Made by a program: the position numbers and the translations under genes. From Eledone cirrhosa (taxonomy: Eukaryota), in contig OZ024758.1 of NCBI GenBank assembly GCA_964016885.1, positions 31,062,001-31,126,000 on the forward strand: a stretch of 64,000 bases of DNA. The letters are read 5' to 3'. Position 1 is the stretch's first letter. Every line of letters starts with the position of its first letter. The notes under the pieces were generated by a model. It had not been told where the DNA came from and searched no databases. It worked only from the letters and a program-made list of their open reading frames with translations. Positions 1 to 13,269 of the stretch are shown piece after piece.

Positions 1-189
1 ATTAATAATAGGAAATGTGTTCCTTCACGCACAAGGCGCTAAGGGACACATGTATTGTCCAACCAAATGCCAATGTGGTTCAATGGCAGGTTAATAAATT
101 AACGAGCCAGAACATATATAAACAAGGTTTAGCAAATAAGGAAAAAGTTTCAAAATAAATTTTAAAAAATTGACTTTACCTACTATAGT

Positions 190-250
190 TACCTTTACCG
201 ATCGGTTTCGAATCCCAAAAATAAACGGAGACCATACGGCCTTCGTTGCA
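190..250 (-). ncRNA. 3' half of a type I hammerhead ribozyme in a truncated PLE-like element
   Basis: Minus strand reads ...acga-aggccgtatggtct...ttc-GAAA-ccg-at-cgg-TA-aagg; the 5' core is lost at the adjacent (TA)n. Confidence 0.45.
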
Positions 251-273
251 AATATATGTATATATATATATAT

Positions 274-700
<427 letters not shown>

Positions 701-844
701 ATATACACTCCGGAATACTGAAGGATCAGGAACTAAGTTTCTTGAACAATTCTTCCATAACTCGTAGAGTAACCTCTTACCGTACGTCAACCATATCCAG
801 TGTAGTAATTAACCATCACTGCATCTTGGATAATCCTATACCTA

Positions 845-903
<59 letters not shown>

Positions 904-1918
904 CATATACAACCTCTACATACCTAAATTTACACACATACACATATATACATACACACACACCCATATTTGTAAAATACATAATATGTACATACTACCG
1001 TGTTATAAGGAAAACATGATACATTTTAACAGGATATGATATATAGTTGGACCAGTTGGAGACGGGACAAGAGTAATGAAAGTTAGGATCATTCAAGCAG
1101 AATCGGCGGATGGTAACTATATTGTCCACAGAGATGAGATAGCGGACCATGGAGAGTTATATTCCGAAATCAAGGGTGCATGAACATAAATGATTGTTTA
1201 CCTAGGCGTACGTTTCACAATGTGTAAGATGTTATGTATTGTTTCGTTGTAGACACATGGTGAAGTTCCTATGCATGTGTTCGTTCACATATATGTTAAT
1301 TTGTGCATGCAGAGTGTACTTACTTACGTGTGCGTTTTACATTGCATACGATGTTATGTACCGTTATGTGCCGTATATACGTGGGAAGGACCCCATGGAT
1401 GTGTTCGTTCAAAGGGATGTTAAACATGTGCATGCAGAATGGGCCGAAAAGATGATTCAGGTGCTCAGCGAACCGCCGGGCCGCCCCATTTCGTGGATTG
1501 GGCCTGCTTCTATCGGTCATATGGACCAAGCACTCGTTAAGTTCCTATCCAGTGAAATCAGCGCAGAAAAAGTGCAATTCCGGTGATGCAAGCCATGATG
1601 ATCTCGGACTTCAGTTTAACCGGATTATGTTTCAATTTCACTATTTCCATGGCTTCCACCACCCAGAGCTTGCAACGGCCATCGCCCACTGAATATAATA
1701 CGTATGTATATAGTATATATATATATCGACCCCCGCCTCCCTCTCCCAACTCCACCCGCCACGACCCTTACACGCCTCACAATCTTCCACCACTTCTTCA
1801 TCTTATTGTTTATTCTTATGTTTATTTTTACGTTTATTTTTATTTTTATTTGTTCTCCTTTCCCCTTTTTTCAAAATGTATTTCCTCACACCCTCTGAAC
1901 TCTCTTCCTAACCTATTT

Positions 1919-1947
1919 ACTCATGAAGAAGGGCTTATGCCCGAAAC
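1919..1947 (+). ncRNA. Degenerate, truncated PLE-type minimal hammerhead
   Basis: actc-aTGAAGA-agggc-ttat-gccc-GAAAC; C3 is mutated and the 3' part is replaced by poly-C. Confidence 0.45.
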
Positions 1948-2134
1948 ACCCCCCCCCCCCACACTCTCAAAAGCGTGAACCTAATAAACCTTTATTTGTC
2001 TGCCTCTCTGTTTTGTTCCCGTATAAATTTGCGCTATATATATATATATATATAGTGCAAATTTATACGGGAACAAAACAGAGAGGCATATATATATATA
2101 TATATGTAGAGAGAGAGAGAGATACATATATGTA

Positions 2135-2230
<96 letters not shown>

Positions 2231-2233
<3 letters not shown>

Positions 2234-2420
2234 CGAAGGAAATGTGGTAAGGAACCAGGTGGACCATAACGCACCAAAGTACTCAATACTTGAGGTAGTA
2301 GAGTGGGTAATAGGAACCAGTAAGACCCCGACAGCTGAGCTCAAGCCGTTTCGACGGCTAATTCCGTCCAGAATTAGCCGTCGAAACGGCTTGAGCTCAG
2401 CTGTCGGGGTCTTACTGGTT

Positions 2421-2425
<5 letters not shown>
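2231..2425. mobile_element. Fold-back PLE-like element, family A, with the 3' half of an HHR
   Basis: Arms 2310-2364 and 2371-2425; GAAA-cggc...gctg-TC-ggggtc; homologues at 33577, 40576 and 50531; TA flanks. Confidence 0.75.
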
Positions 2426-2463
<38 letters not shown>

Positions 2464-3426
2464 GTGTGTGTGTGTGTGTGTATGGGGACATAGAAATACT
2501 CGGTTTAGTGCCGAGCGCGCGGTTAGCCCAACAGGAGTGAGCGATCCCTAGATCTTGTAAGGACTTTAATCTAGGAGAAGAAAAACTCTAATGTAAATCC
2601 TGCGATTCGATGCAGCCAATGATATTGATATGTTCTTCTTTTTGGACACCCGTTACCGATTTTCAGAGAATGGGATTGTTCCTGTGCAAGGCCTTTTTCA
2701 CTGAAAAAGGCTTTTAGCACAAACATCATTGATTTAACCTACTTTCACATGTATCACGTGAGCATGGCTTGTCCTAACTGAAAAATGCTATTGTTTTGTG
2801 CAACACATGTGTGGCAGGGGAATCAAGTGATGACAATTCTCAAAATTGTCATGATACGGTTTTGAAAACCAACATATGAAACCTACTTCTTAGAACAGAA
2901 TAACAGATCATTTAATTAACAGATAACGCTAGCCTCATTGACGAAGGTTCTCGTGTTTTATTTCGGTTTTTAACTCTTACTCCCTAAATAAATATAACTC
3001 ATATTTGACACACCACGTTTCTATTTACATCACATCAATCTCACTGCATCAACTGTCCCTTGCTTTCCTTATAACATCTAGTTTCTTATAACCGACTTAT
3101 AACTTACGGTCATCTACAATATAGTCTGGAAAGGATTGGGTTCGATCGACATTTAAAATGTCAATATAGCGTACCCTACGACTACCCCAGGAGTTACGGG
3201 ACCATGCATAATATGATAGGTTTGTTTTAAAATTGATTTTAAATAAATGTTATTATACGTCAGAACAGCATTGTAGCTAAATCCATTTGTATTTTATTAT
3301 CCATTAGTCTTTGAGTGGTAGCTAAATTTAGAATTAGTACGTTATTTTCGATTGTTAGAATCTAAGGATATGTTAAAATAAAAACTAAACATTGTCACGT
3401 GGCAAAAATCAAATATTTTCGAATAA

Positions 3427-3616
3427 GGGTGGTGGATTGGCAGTATCGGTAGAGGGTCGGACGCCATGCATTGACGCAAAGAGCTACGGCCCTTTCCATT
3501 CTGAGTTCAAATCCCGCTGAGGTTAACTTTTCCTTTCATCCTTACGGTGTCGATAAAATAAAGTACCAGTAATGCACTGGGTATTTGCTGGCCTTGTGCG
3601 AAAAGTAGAAACATTT
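3427..3616 (+). mobile_element. tRNA-derived SINE, family S1
   Basis: A box-like tggcagtatcgg, B box gagttcaaatccc, central cctttcatccttacgg..tcgataaa..agtaccag, tail ggccttgtgc..aaagtagaaac; more than 12 copies in the window. Confidence 0.85.
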
Positions 3617-6600
3617 ATTATCTTATCAATTACATAACAAACATTAAATAGTTTGTTATTTTTATCAACATACATCGTTTACCATCGTTTACCATTTCTT
3701 GAAACATGAAATGGCCAAAATTGCTTGTGTTATATACTCTATTTTCACAACTGTTTACAGCATTATTTATGTTAGAACATATTCAGCACAAATGTATATA
3801 TTGTTCAATACTTACTATTTAAAATCAGATATATTCAACGATGTAGTTAAGAATATGTAATTATATATCCTACAGCGATAGTAACATAACTTTAGTTAGT
3901 ATCCACTCGACATGATGATGGAATTAGATTATATTTTTGCCAATATAATTTCGTTATTTCAATACTTGTGAATCAGTGCTGTCAACATACACCTTGACAT
4001 AATTTTGTGAGTGTGTTTGTGTATGTGATCGTATGTGTGTGTATATTTCTTATGTGATTTAGAGAAAAATACATATATTGGGCTCTAAAGATTTCAATTT
4101 ATATTTATAATATATTAAAAAAGAAATTAATAAAACCAACAGAATGGTATTTGACGCGCTTTCAGATGATCACGTGCTCTTTGACATCGGTTGAGATTCA
4201 TTATGCATTTGTTGAGTCTGTCGCAAACTTCCTTCTCGTTAACTTTGGATTATTAGATGCGATGAAGCGTATGATCTTTATGTTTTGGCACAAGTATTAG
4301 AAATATAAAGAAATGATTTCGATATAGTGATATTTTGAAATTGCAACGTAATATCGACTGGCTGTGAGCTTCACAGCATACGTCACATCTCAATGTTGAG
4401 TATTTTCTGTTTTCTTTTGAACATTGTAAGAATAGTAATGATGTTTGTGTCACTTTCTGTATTATGCTGATACATTTTTATCGTCTTTTGTAGAGATGAA
4501 AGAGAAAGTTATATCCATATGTGATTATTTGAACTTAGTCCTCAGCCATCGCTACCATAGCCCAGAGAAAAATATTAATTACGGAAACTATTATCAGCAG
4601 TATCAATATACAGCAAATGTTAAATAAAAATGCTGTTTAATTACAAGCAAGTTTCTCTATAAACAACCTCTATATTCTCGCTTAATTACTGTCTATAGAG
4701 ACAAAGGCATAAAGATATTAATGCTTTTATATCGTCTAACATGCAAAAGAAAATAATTTTAAATGATAATTACTCAGTATTAAAAATAAGAAACATGGAA
4801 TTTAAAAAAAAAGAAAGCAATAATATAAAATTAATTACACAGAAAAAGAAAAAAGAAAATTGAACCAATGAAAAGATTTTATCAAAGTCATTAATGTTTA
4901 GCATCAATAAAAGTAAGGCTTTTATTATCCAAGGTAGTATCGAATACAATGAAACTTGGTAAAAAAAACAAAAAACTGACAAGTAACATAATATAAAACG
5001 GTTGAATATAAACAAATCTGAAGAAAACCTACAGTTCATCTAAAAGGAGAGGCATATACTTTCAATGTTAGATTTTTAATTAATCCCGGAGGTTAATTTC
5101 TTCTTTTTTTTTTTTAGTTTATTTTCAGTGTAAAATAATTAATTTCATTATATTTTCACTTCTATTTCTTTCTTTTTTTTAATACAAATTCTCTGTGAAA
5201 TAGATTATTAGAACTTTTAACGCAGTTATTGAATGTCATGTAATCAAAACGCTGCAAAATTCCAAAAATCTACAAAAGGCAGGTTGCTTAATTTATTAAT
5301 TTCAGCGTCGAAGCGCAGCAACCCACCATTAATTCGTAAGACATCAAAAAAGGTATTTAGCATTTTAAAATATAAGCAGAATTACTGTCAGGAAACACCC
5401 GTTCTCAGAAAGAATGAGATTTCTGTATTATATTAAGTTGTTTTTCTCTTTTCTTCATACGATTTAGTGCACTTTGGACGGGGTGTTAATATAAAATAAA
5501 ATGCCCATCCCATTAAGATCCATTTGATCAAATATTTTGTCAGTTTGTTTAAACATTCTTTATGTTAATAAGATACATGACAGAAAATTGGTTCCAAATA
5601 ATATATCTACATGGAAGAGAGCTGAAGGCTAAGTATTCAAAAGTTCAGATTAAATGAAGTATTTTTAGTTTTGTTGCATTAGGTGTCAAGTTCAAATGAA
5701 GCCGAAATCAGTAATTCATGTCATCACTCCAGGGTTTGATAAATACCAGTAATACACGTAGATCTCTAACTATCAGGTAAAATAATTGTAATGATATGTT
5801 GTTACTACACGTCAACCCGGATCGAACTGACCTACGATTAAGAATATTCCAATTGTGACCATCCTAACTTGTTAGTGTATAGTAGGGCCGTTTCTTTATT
5901 TCAGAGGGTAGGATGAGGTTTGAGAATATTTAGTTGTTATTTCTAGCTGCCAGATCGGCCATGTGAAAACTACCTGATTGGTTCGACATTTTGGAATTAA
6001 TAGGCAATGGATTGTTTGAATCAGTAAGGGGTCAGACAAAATATCCCTTTAAACCTAAATCCTACCCATGTCGAATTAGTTTGTCTACCTTCTGATACCT
6101 GACGATTTATGAACTATATACTTCCCCCAAAATCCTCACCTTGTATCTATGTTAGAAATCATTGTTATAAGTACTACGGAGAAGCTAGCACTTGGTATTA
6201 TTGAATTCTGCGACTGGGTTTCGATTCTGAGTTATAACCAATTAATTTCACTGGCATTACATACCTCCCTCTAAAGCGTAATCTTTGATTATATTAACTT
6301 AGGTTTCGTCTCGAAGACGAGACTGTCCCCAATGTGTATGCAGGCTTTTTGAAACTAAGAGATCAATGTGGCTAATATGTTTCTTGAAGAGTGGTAAGTG
6401 GACGGCTACAAAGAAAACATGGCCAAGGAGTGAGTAGGAAGGAGTATGTGTAATGATTATTGCCTGGCTTTTGGAGTGGCGGCCTCAATATGGCTTACGA
6501 GTAGAGTCTGGATGGAGTTAGCACGATACCAGCAAGATCCGAGGGGACGAAGGCCACAGTAGTATCAGTTCAAAGGAGAGGATAAAATTAAATAAACCTT

Positions 6601-6654
6601 ATGATATTTTAGTCATTGAAAAGAACACACCGAAGAAGGAAAATTAAGAGAATA

Positions 6655-7100
6655 TGTAATGTTGAATTCGGTTTTTGTGCCAGCCCTTACCTATGACCAT
6701 GAATCTTGGGTAATGACGGAAAGCATACGATCGCGAATACTAGCGACCAAAATGGGATTCATCCGAAGGGTCTTATCGTTACTCGATAAATTGCGTAACT
6801 CTGAGATCAGAGAGTTACTCCAGGTAGAGCCGCTTTCTCACAGCTCCAATACTATGGCATGTGGTTAGAATGTCTCAGGAAAGAATGACTGGACATATTT
6901 TACAGGCAAAACCAACAGGTAGGAGACCCAAAGGTAGACCCCAAGCAAGATTGTTGGATAACATCCATGAGCTCGGCTGGTCGCGTTTGGGGATCCAGCC
7001 GGATCAGTTGGAAACGGTTGTTTCTGACAGAACCTAATGGAAGGAGTGTTTGAGGACTTTCCTCCACGACCCTCTCAGGAATAAGTGGGCGACGATGAGG
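6655..7100 (+). pseudogene. Decayed RTE/RTE-X LINE RT C-terminus
   Basis: LTYDHESWVMTESIRSRI..MGFIRRV..LDKLRNSEIRELLQVEPL, followed by frameshifted VVRMSQER..GRRPKGRPQARLLD. Confidence 0.8.
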
Positions 7101-8286
7101 AAGAAAAGAAGAAGTAGTGAAAATGGAGTAAATTGACTGCAATCAGAAATGGTAACTTAATCATTTCACTCTGAAATTATGTTTAGGTCTAAGATTCTCC
7201 CTATGAACAACTAAATTAGATATAAAAAATATATATGGTAAAAAAATATTATTTCCACGTGTTCTAATTATTTCTTAATTAAATTAAAATGTTTTCCTAT
7301 CATGTTTCATTTTTTATGAACTGTTCTATCAATTATTTATTGCTGTATTCGTGTTATTAGATCATCATGTGAACAAAAATTCATTAAATAGAGTAAAATT
7401 CGATCAATTTGTTGTTAATTATAATTTACAACATTCTATTCCATCAGTAAATATAAAGAAATAGAATTATTATATTCATGATTTACTTCCTCTATTTTTA
7501 GATTCAATTCAGAAACTTATTTTTAGTTTCATTTGTTTACATTTTATTTGTTGTAAATTTATTGCAAAACCTAAAAAACGAAGTAAAGTAAATTTTAATT
7601 AGAGATATAAAAATAGATATTTTCGAAGCAGAAAATAAAAGCAGTTAAAATAGATGACGCATTATTATTAAATTTTCTAACAGTTAGTAATAAATTAGAA
7701 AAGAAAAGCTGCTATAATTTCTCTTGCTGCTGTCGGTGATGTTGCAGGAAGTTAGTAAATTAAAATCACATGATGATAGATGAAATTGAAATCTGTATAT
7801 AATTCTATTCCTAAAAGAATGAAATAAAGACAATTAATAATTAATAATTACCAGCTGTATCTAGTTGGAACTACATTTTAATAAGAAAAATGAATTATTA
7901 TTGGGGGTTTTGGGGGTTTTTTTTTTAGTTTTTTTTTTAATTGTGATAATTTTTGACACAAAAATTAATTTCACCAAAAATGAAAACTTGAAATAATTTA
8001 CCAGGATTCAATGACACAAAGTTTAACTCAGAGAAGCGGAAGGTTACCGGTTTTTTTCGTTCGCTCTTGGTATCTTTGGTGCAGTACTGTTATTTTGAAA
8101 TTATAGCAATCCCCTAGCGACCATGAAAACCTACCACACCTTTCAGAGTTCAAAGCACCCCGTTGAGGGAGCTACCTAGCACGTTGAGAATCACTGGTCT
8201 AGTGGCTTGTTCATGAGAAGATTTCGGCACAGCCACACAACTGGTATATATTCAAGGTAAATGACCTCAGGAATTCTGAGGATGTT

Positions 8287-8535
8287 GCACTTATGACCAT
8301 AACGTTGTGAGTTCAATTCCTGGACTGGGTTGTGTGTTGAGGTCTTGAGCAAAACAATTCATTTCATGATGTCCCAGTATACTTAACTGAAAATGAGTAC
8401 CAGCAATAGCTGCGAGTTTAACCCTGCAATGGACTGGCGTCCTGTTCAGGGTGGGGTGGGGGTCTTGTACTCTCAATCGCTGGAAACCGGGATGAATACC
8501 GGCCTGATGAGCCTGCGGGCTTGAGACAGACTTTA
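8287..8535 (+). mobile_element. tRNA-derived SINE, family S2, 5'-eroded
   Basis: B box gagttcaattcc; aaccctgcaatggactggcgtcctgttcaggg; tail gaaaccggg..ggcctgatgagcc; homologous to 53759-54040. Confidence 0.8.
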
Positions 8536-9180
8536 GACTTGAGAGTTCCGCTAGATATTTCATTTAGGTTCATATCTTGACATGACTTATGTAGTTGTAA
8601 TTCATGTGTTATTTACAAGTTAAATATTAACATTTGTATATTGCTTTAATCTTCTTTAAAAAGTGATTTTCAATGGATCTGTCTAAACAGGATAAACTAT
8701 TTTTACTGGGTTTGTATTAATTGTAAAATTATTTAAAAGGCTTACAAATGCCAGAAATCATATTAAACGCTTCCTTAAACATTAGTTTTGAAATTGATTA
8801 TCTATTCCCGTTATTTGCTCTGTATACAATATTTGAATCTATTATCTAAATCTCCCATCTAAATCTCCCATCTTGATCCATGAAGAGGTAATACAAAGGC
8901 AATGTTCCATTCCTTGGAATTAACAAATAAAAGAATTCAGTGCTGATATTTTAATGTAAATTGTATTGGAAACTATATGCACCAGTGAGGTAGAAAAGAA
9001 CGGCATAACAATTTATAGCTTGAGGAGATAAAATGGCAGGTGATCTGTTGTGTAATTCGTAAGGCAGCCGTTTGATCAAGTAATATATGCATCATTCATA
9101 TACATTTTACATCTTGTTGACATATCGATTTCCACGATTCCACGTTGATACTTATATATGAAAAGATAAACATATATATC

Positions 9181-9490
9181 TTGTTATATTTGGGGAGGGT
9201 CATATTTGCGTAATATTGCCAGAATTAATAACAGAACACACTCACTGTTTGGTTGGTTTTCGCTTCTCGCTGTCTTTTATATATATATATCTGCGATCTA
9301 GCTTACTCGGTCCTCAATGTTGCCATTGACTGACCGGCGGTCAAAAATAATACAGATACAATATAGACAAACACATATATATATAGTTTACATAAATCTT
9401 TCGTTGCACATCTGCAACATCGTCAGTGGTGTTATATTCATTGTTCCTCCTGTTGTGTTGTATGTCTACGCCATTTTTTTTGTTCAGTCT
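9181..9490 (-). mobile_element. Non-autonomous PLE-like element, family B, with an HHR at 9391-9428
   Basis: Terminus ttgttatatttggggagggtcat; minus strand ca-CTGACGA-tgttgca-gatg-tgcaac-GAAA-gatt-TA-tg; homologous to 55091-55608. Confidence 0.7.
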
Positions 9491-9495
9491 GTCTA

Positions 9496-10123
9496 TCTAT
9501 ATATATAAAACTGAGGATGGATGTCTGTCTCTCTGTCTGTGTGTGTGTGTGTCTGTGAGTTTGAATCCCTAAACCTTGAGAAGTACCCAACCGAATTTTT
9601 TTAAACTTTACATGTGTATTACTTATGTTTCAACTTTTTGATCCCCTAGGGCCCGCATTAGGTCAAAAACTGCGTTTTTTTCCAGCTTTTTAGGTTTTTT
9701 TAAGGAATTACGTCAGACCGATTTCCTTGAATTTGTAACTATGTATTAGTCAGTCTCTTCTTCATACCGGGAGCAAAGAAAATCCAACTTTTTTATGGCC
9801 TAGGGCCCGCATTAGGTGAAAAACTTCATTTTTTCAGCTTTTTAGAGCTTTTTTGAGGCGTTACGTCTAGCCGATTTTCCCGAAATTTCAAGGCATATTA
9901 TTCACATAAAACAAATTCATTTTCTTGATCCTTTAGGGCCCGCATTCGGTGAAAACCTGCATTTTTCCTGCTTCATCGAGGAAAATCTTAAAGATTATCC
10001 AGCCATCAGAGTATTCGGTTTATTTTCTTTACATATTGTCCAGGCATGCAGTTTTTCCACGATTAGGTCTGTTGGCGGCCCCCGTTCCAAAATATCCCGT
10101 GCAACGCCGGGTACCACTGCTAG
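9496..10123 (+). mobile_element. Non-autonomous Helitron
   Basis: 5' a|TCtatatatataaaa followed by (gtct)n; 3' hairpin cccgtgcaacgccggg then CTAG|t; internal repeats containing agggcccgcatt. Confidence 0.8.
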
Positions 10124-10386
10124 TTATACAATAAAGATAAGCGCCGAGTGTATGTGTACTCCACATACTCTTCATATAGTAAAACACACAACTAGATCAA
10201 CTATGGTGTATCATGTCACTAATACTAGAATAAGAAAGTCTCCGGTTTCTTATAACATGGTAGACTCGTCTAAAGGCTGACAATACAGACCTGTCAACTC
10301 TCTCCATCCGGCGGGGAGACCTCCCACCAATTTTGGGAGGGGGGAGATGTCTTCTCTTGTGAAAATCGTTATAGCTGTCATTATGT

Positions 10387-10483
10387 GTTGACTTTGCCTT
10401 TCATCCTTACGGGGTCGATAAAATAAAGTACCAGTAATGCACTGGGTATTTGCTGGCCTTGTGCCTAAAGTGGAAACAATTAT
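10387..10483 (+). mobile_element. SINE S1, 5'-truncated
   Basis: Central domain and tail match S1. Confidence 0.8.
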
Positions 10484-11624
10484 GTAAAATCTCCCCATTT
10501 TGCCTCATTTCCTTTCATGGGTTTCGGTTTTTAGAGGTTGACAGGTGTAGACAGTAGCCAGCTGGTAGTGTTAACTGGGTGACAGATTAGACACAACAAG
10601 AACTACAGTTAATCAGTCAATTTTCCTATCTACCCAGTTTTTCCCATAAGACTGAGAGTCATTGGAAAGAAATGTTTGTCCAAGGAGTTGCACCATAGTA
10701 TGGAACCTGGAACTAAGTAATTGGAAAGAAAACTTTGTTTGCAACGAATTATATTGGACTGAATATCTGTGTAAATATTATTCAATAGCTTCAATCAGGT
10801 ATCCTAATGCACATGACTATATATGACTAACGACTTTTATAACTGTTATATCATATTTATTGATATTTAAAGATAGTGACAGTAGCACTCACGAGAAGTC
10901 TAACAATTTTGCAACGGCAAACTCCTTTTGGGATAAATCATATTTACAAAACTTAGCCAAAGACTGGGCAGATACATGTAACGAAATAAAAGAAATATCA
11001 AATCACATGAGCCAATATCTAATGCAATCGGTCATCGTGTCTCTACATTGTGATGATAATATTAGCAAATACCTAAATATAGTTTAGGCATGCAATTGAA
11101 TCATAAATGTTATCTATACATATTGTTCTTCCTATGAGCTTTCAAACATAGTTATAACTTCCTAATCTTTTCATCCTTTTTTCTCTCAATCGATTGGTTT
11201 AGTGCCAGAATAATGATGAAAAACAACCTTTTTCTTTGGATATTTCTCCAACTAAAAGTTCATTATACATGATTACTCATTAATTAGTATTAAAAATAAA
11301 TGTATCTGCTATTATCTACCGAAGAATGACTCACACTGTTTAAGAAAGTAGTAGTTATGTTACTGCTGTTTAGCCTATTTCAACCCTGATGGATTAGATT
11401 TATGATCAAAGCCATTCCAGTCGTGACCAACTCGTCTATTTAGAAGTATGTAGGAAAACATATTCTATTCTGTCCTTTCCAATTTTAGAAGGTATAGTGA
11501 GGTTTGATAGAAATTTAGTTCTCGATATGAAATGCGAATCGACTTTTACAATATTTGATTCGATCTCAACACTTTGATATAGATAAAAGAATTTATTTAA
11601 CTAAGCTTTCTAAGCCTTTGTAGT

Positions 11625-11965
11625 GCATGCATGGTCCCTTAACTCCAGAGGGAGTTGTAGGGGACCGTATTTACATACGGCGTTTGTAGGGTATTTTTTA
11701 AACCTGGCAAGGCCTAGCTCCTCTCCAGATCTGAATGCGGCAGATTTCTTGCAGTGAAGAATACAGAGTGAGAGAATGGAAGTGCAAAAGAGATATAGTA
11801 TAAGAATTAATCCCAGTACTAAACTGGTACTTTTTCTATCGATGTCGAATGGATAAAAGGCAAAGTTGACCTCGGTGGGATTTGAACTCAGAGAGCAGAG
11901 ATCCGATACGAATACCGCAAATAATTCTATTCCGGCGTTCTAACGATTCTGCCAATTCACCGCCT
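11625..11965 (-). mobile_element. Older S1-related SINE with an extended 3' tail
   Basis: S1-like head plus a tail shared with 31654-31930, 54365-54670 and 60440-60738. Confidence 0.7.
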
Positions 11966-13083
11966 TTGTATCATGGCAAGGTAAATTGAGAGGAATTTGT
12001 CTCTTTGGCAAAAAATGCTTTCGTTGGCTTATGATCATGTTATAAGCAAAAAATATGGCAGCCATTCCTAGCCACACTCTAAATATTCTGTAAAGCCAAA
12101 TAGCAAAAGTTTTGACATCCATTATCGAAGTCACAAGGGGAGATTTTAAATACTTAGTGAAACAAAAACTTAAGGAGCAGACAGCAGTAAATTTGTAAGA
12201 TATCTAAATCAAATGAATTGTTTGATAGTAAACATAATTTTTTCGGACGATTAGCCTGAACATTAGAAGAGAAGGATTTTTTTTTAATAATATAGGCATA
12301 AACATAAAAAAAAAAAAGATTTCATTTCAAACCCGGACATGATATTAAAAACTTCAACTATAGGATCCGACATGTTGGTATACTGGTGGTGCTAATCTAT
12401 TCGGTTTGAAGCCGTTGATACTTCTAATGAAGTTGTTATTTCTGCTGTGTGATTTAAGTTATATATTTTATGTTGCCTTGTGGGAAAGATTCTTTTGTAA
12501 ATCTCTATAATTATTTTGTTGTATGTATAACACATTATATGTTGGTGATTGTGGTACTTAGAACTTTGTTAACCTTATTGTTGTTTAGCACCAACTCAAC
12601 CATGACCGAGGAGGTCTGTTGTCAAAGACATTCCAGTCATGACCATTCCAATCGTTTAGGATTAGGTAGGGAACACATTACCTAATGTGTATTTCCTTGC
12701 TTTGATATCTAAAAATATGATAATGTTCTCTAGTGAAACTAGTTCCTCCGGGCTTTTTGAATTTCGTAAAATGTTCTTCAATGCGTGTGTTTTTATGATA
12801 AAAGGAAAATGTTTCGAAGAGATGGAATTGATTGCCAGCTTATGTAATAGCTAGGAGTGCGGAAGAGAAAGTAGTTGCAAAACGTTTTAGTTGTATTGGT
12901 GAGATGTATATGATGGTGAGGGTTACGCTGAGATTCGGTTTCTAAGGAAAATGGTGCCAGTTGTTCAGGTGGTTGGTGTGGGTTGTTTAGGGTGTAAAGT
13001 AAGTAGAGTTGCAACGCTATTACGTCACCCTATGTATGATTCAATATTTTCTGAAAACTAGCGTGCATTATCTATATATCTAA

Positions 13084-13269
13084 GGGCGGTGAATTGGCAG
13101 TATCGGTAGAGGGTCAGACATGCTTTCCAGCATAGTTACGTTCCTTTATGATCTGAGTTCAAATCCCGCCGAAGTTAACTTTGCCTTTCATCCTTACGAG
13201 GTCGATAAAATAAAGTACCAGTAATGTACTGGGTAATTGCTGGCCTTGTGCCAAAAGTAGAAACAATTA
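13084..13269 (+). mobile_element. SINE S1, full length
   Basis: gggcggtgaattggcag...gagttcaaatccc...agtagaaacaatta. Confidence 0.85.

Noticed and set aside
8504-8525. ctgatga followed by a hairpin as a hammerhead
   Set aside because: No GAAA or stem III; it is part of the SINE S2 tail
10860-11087. 75-aa ORF as a host exon
   Set aside because: No recognisable domain or convincing splice context
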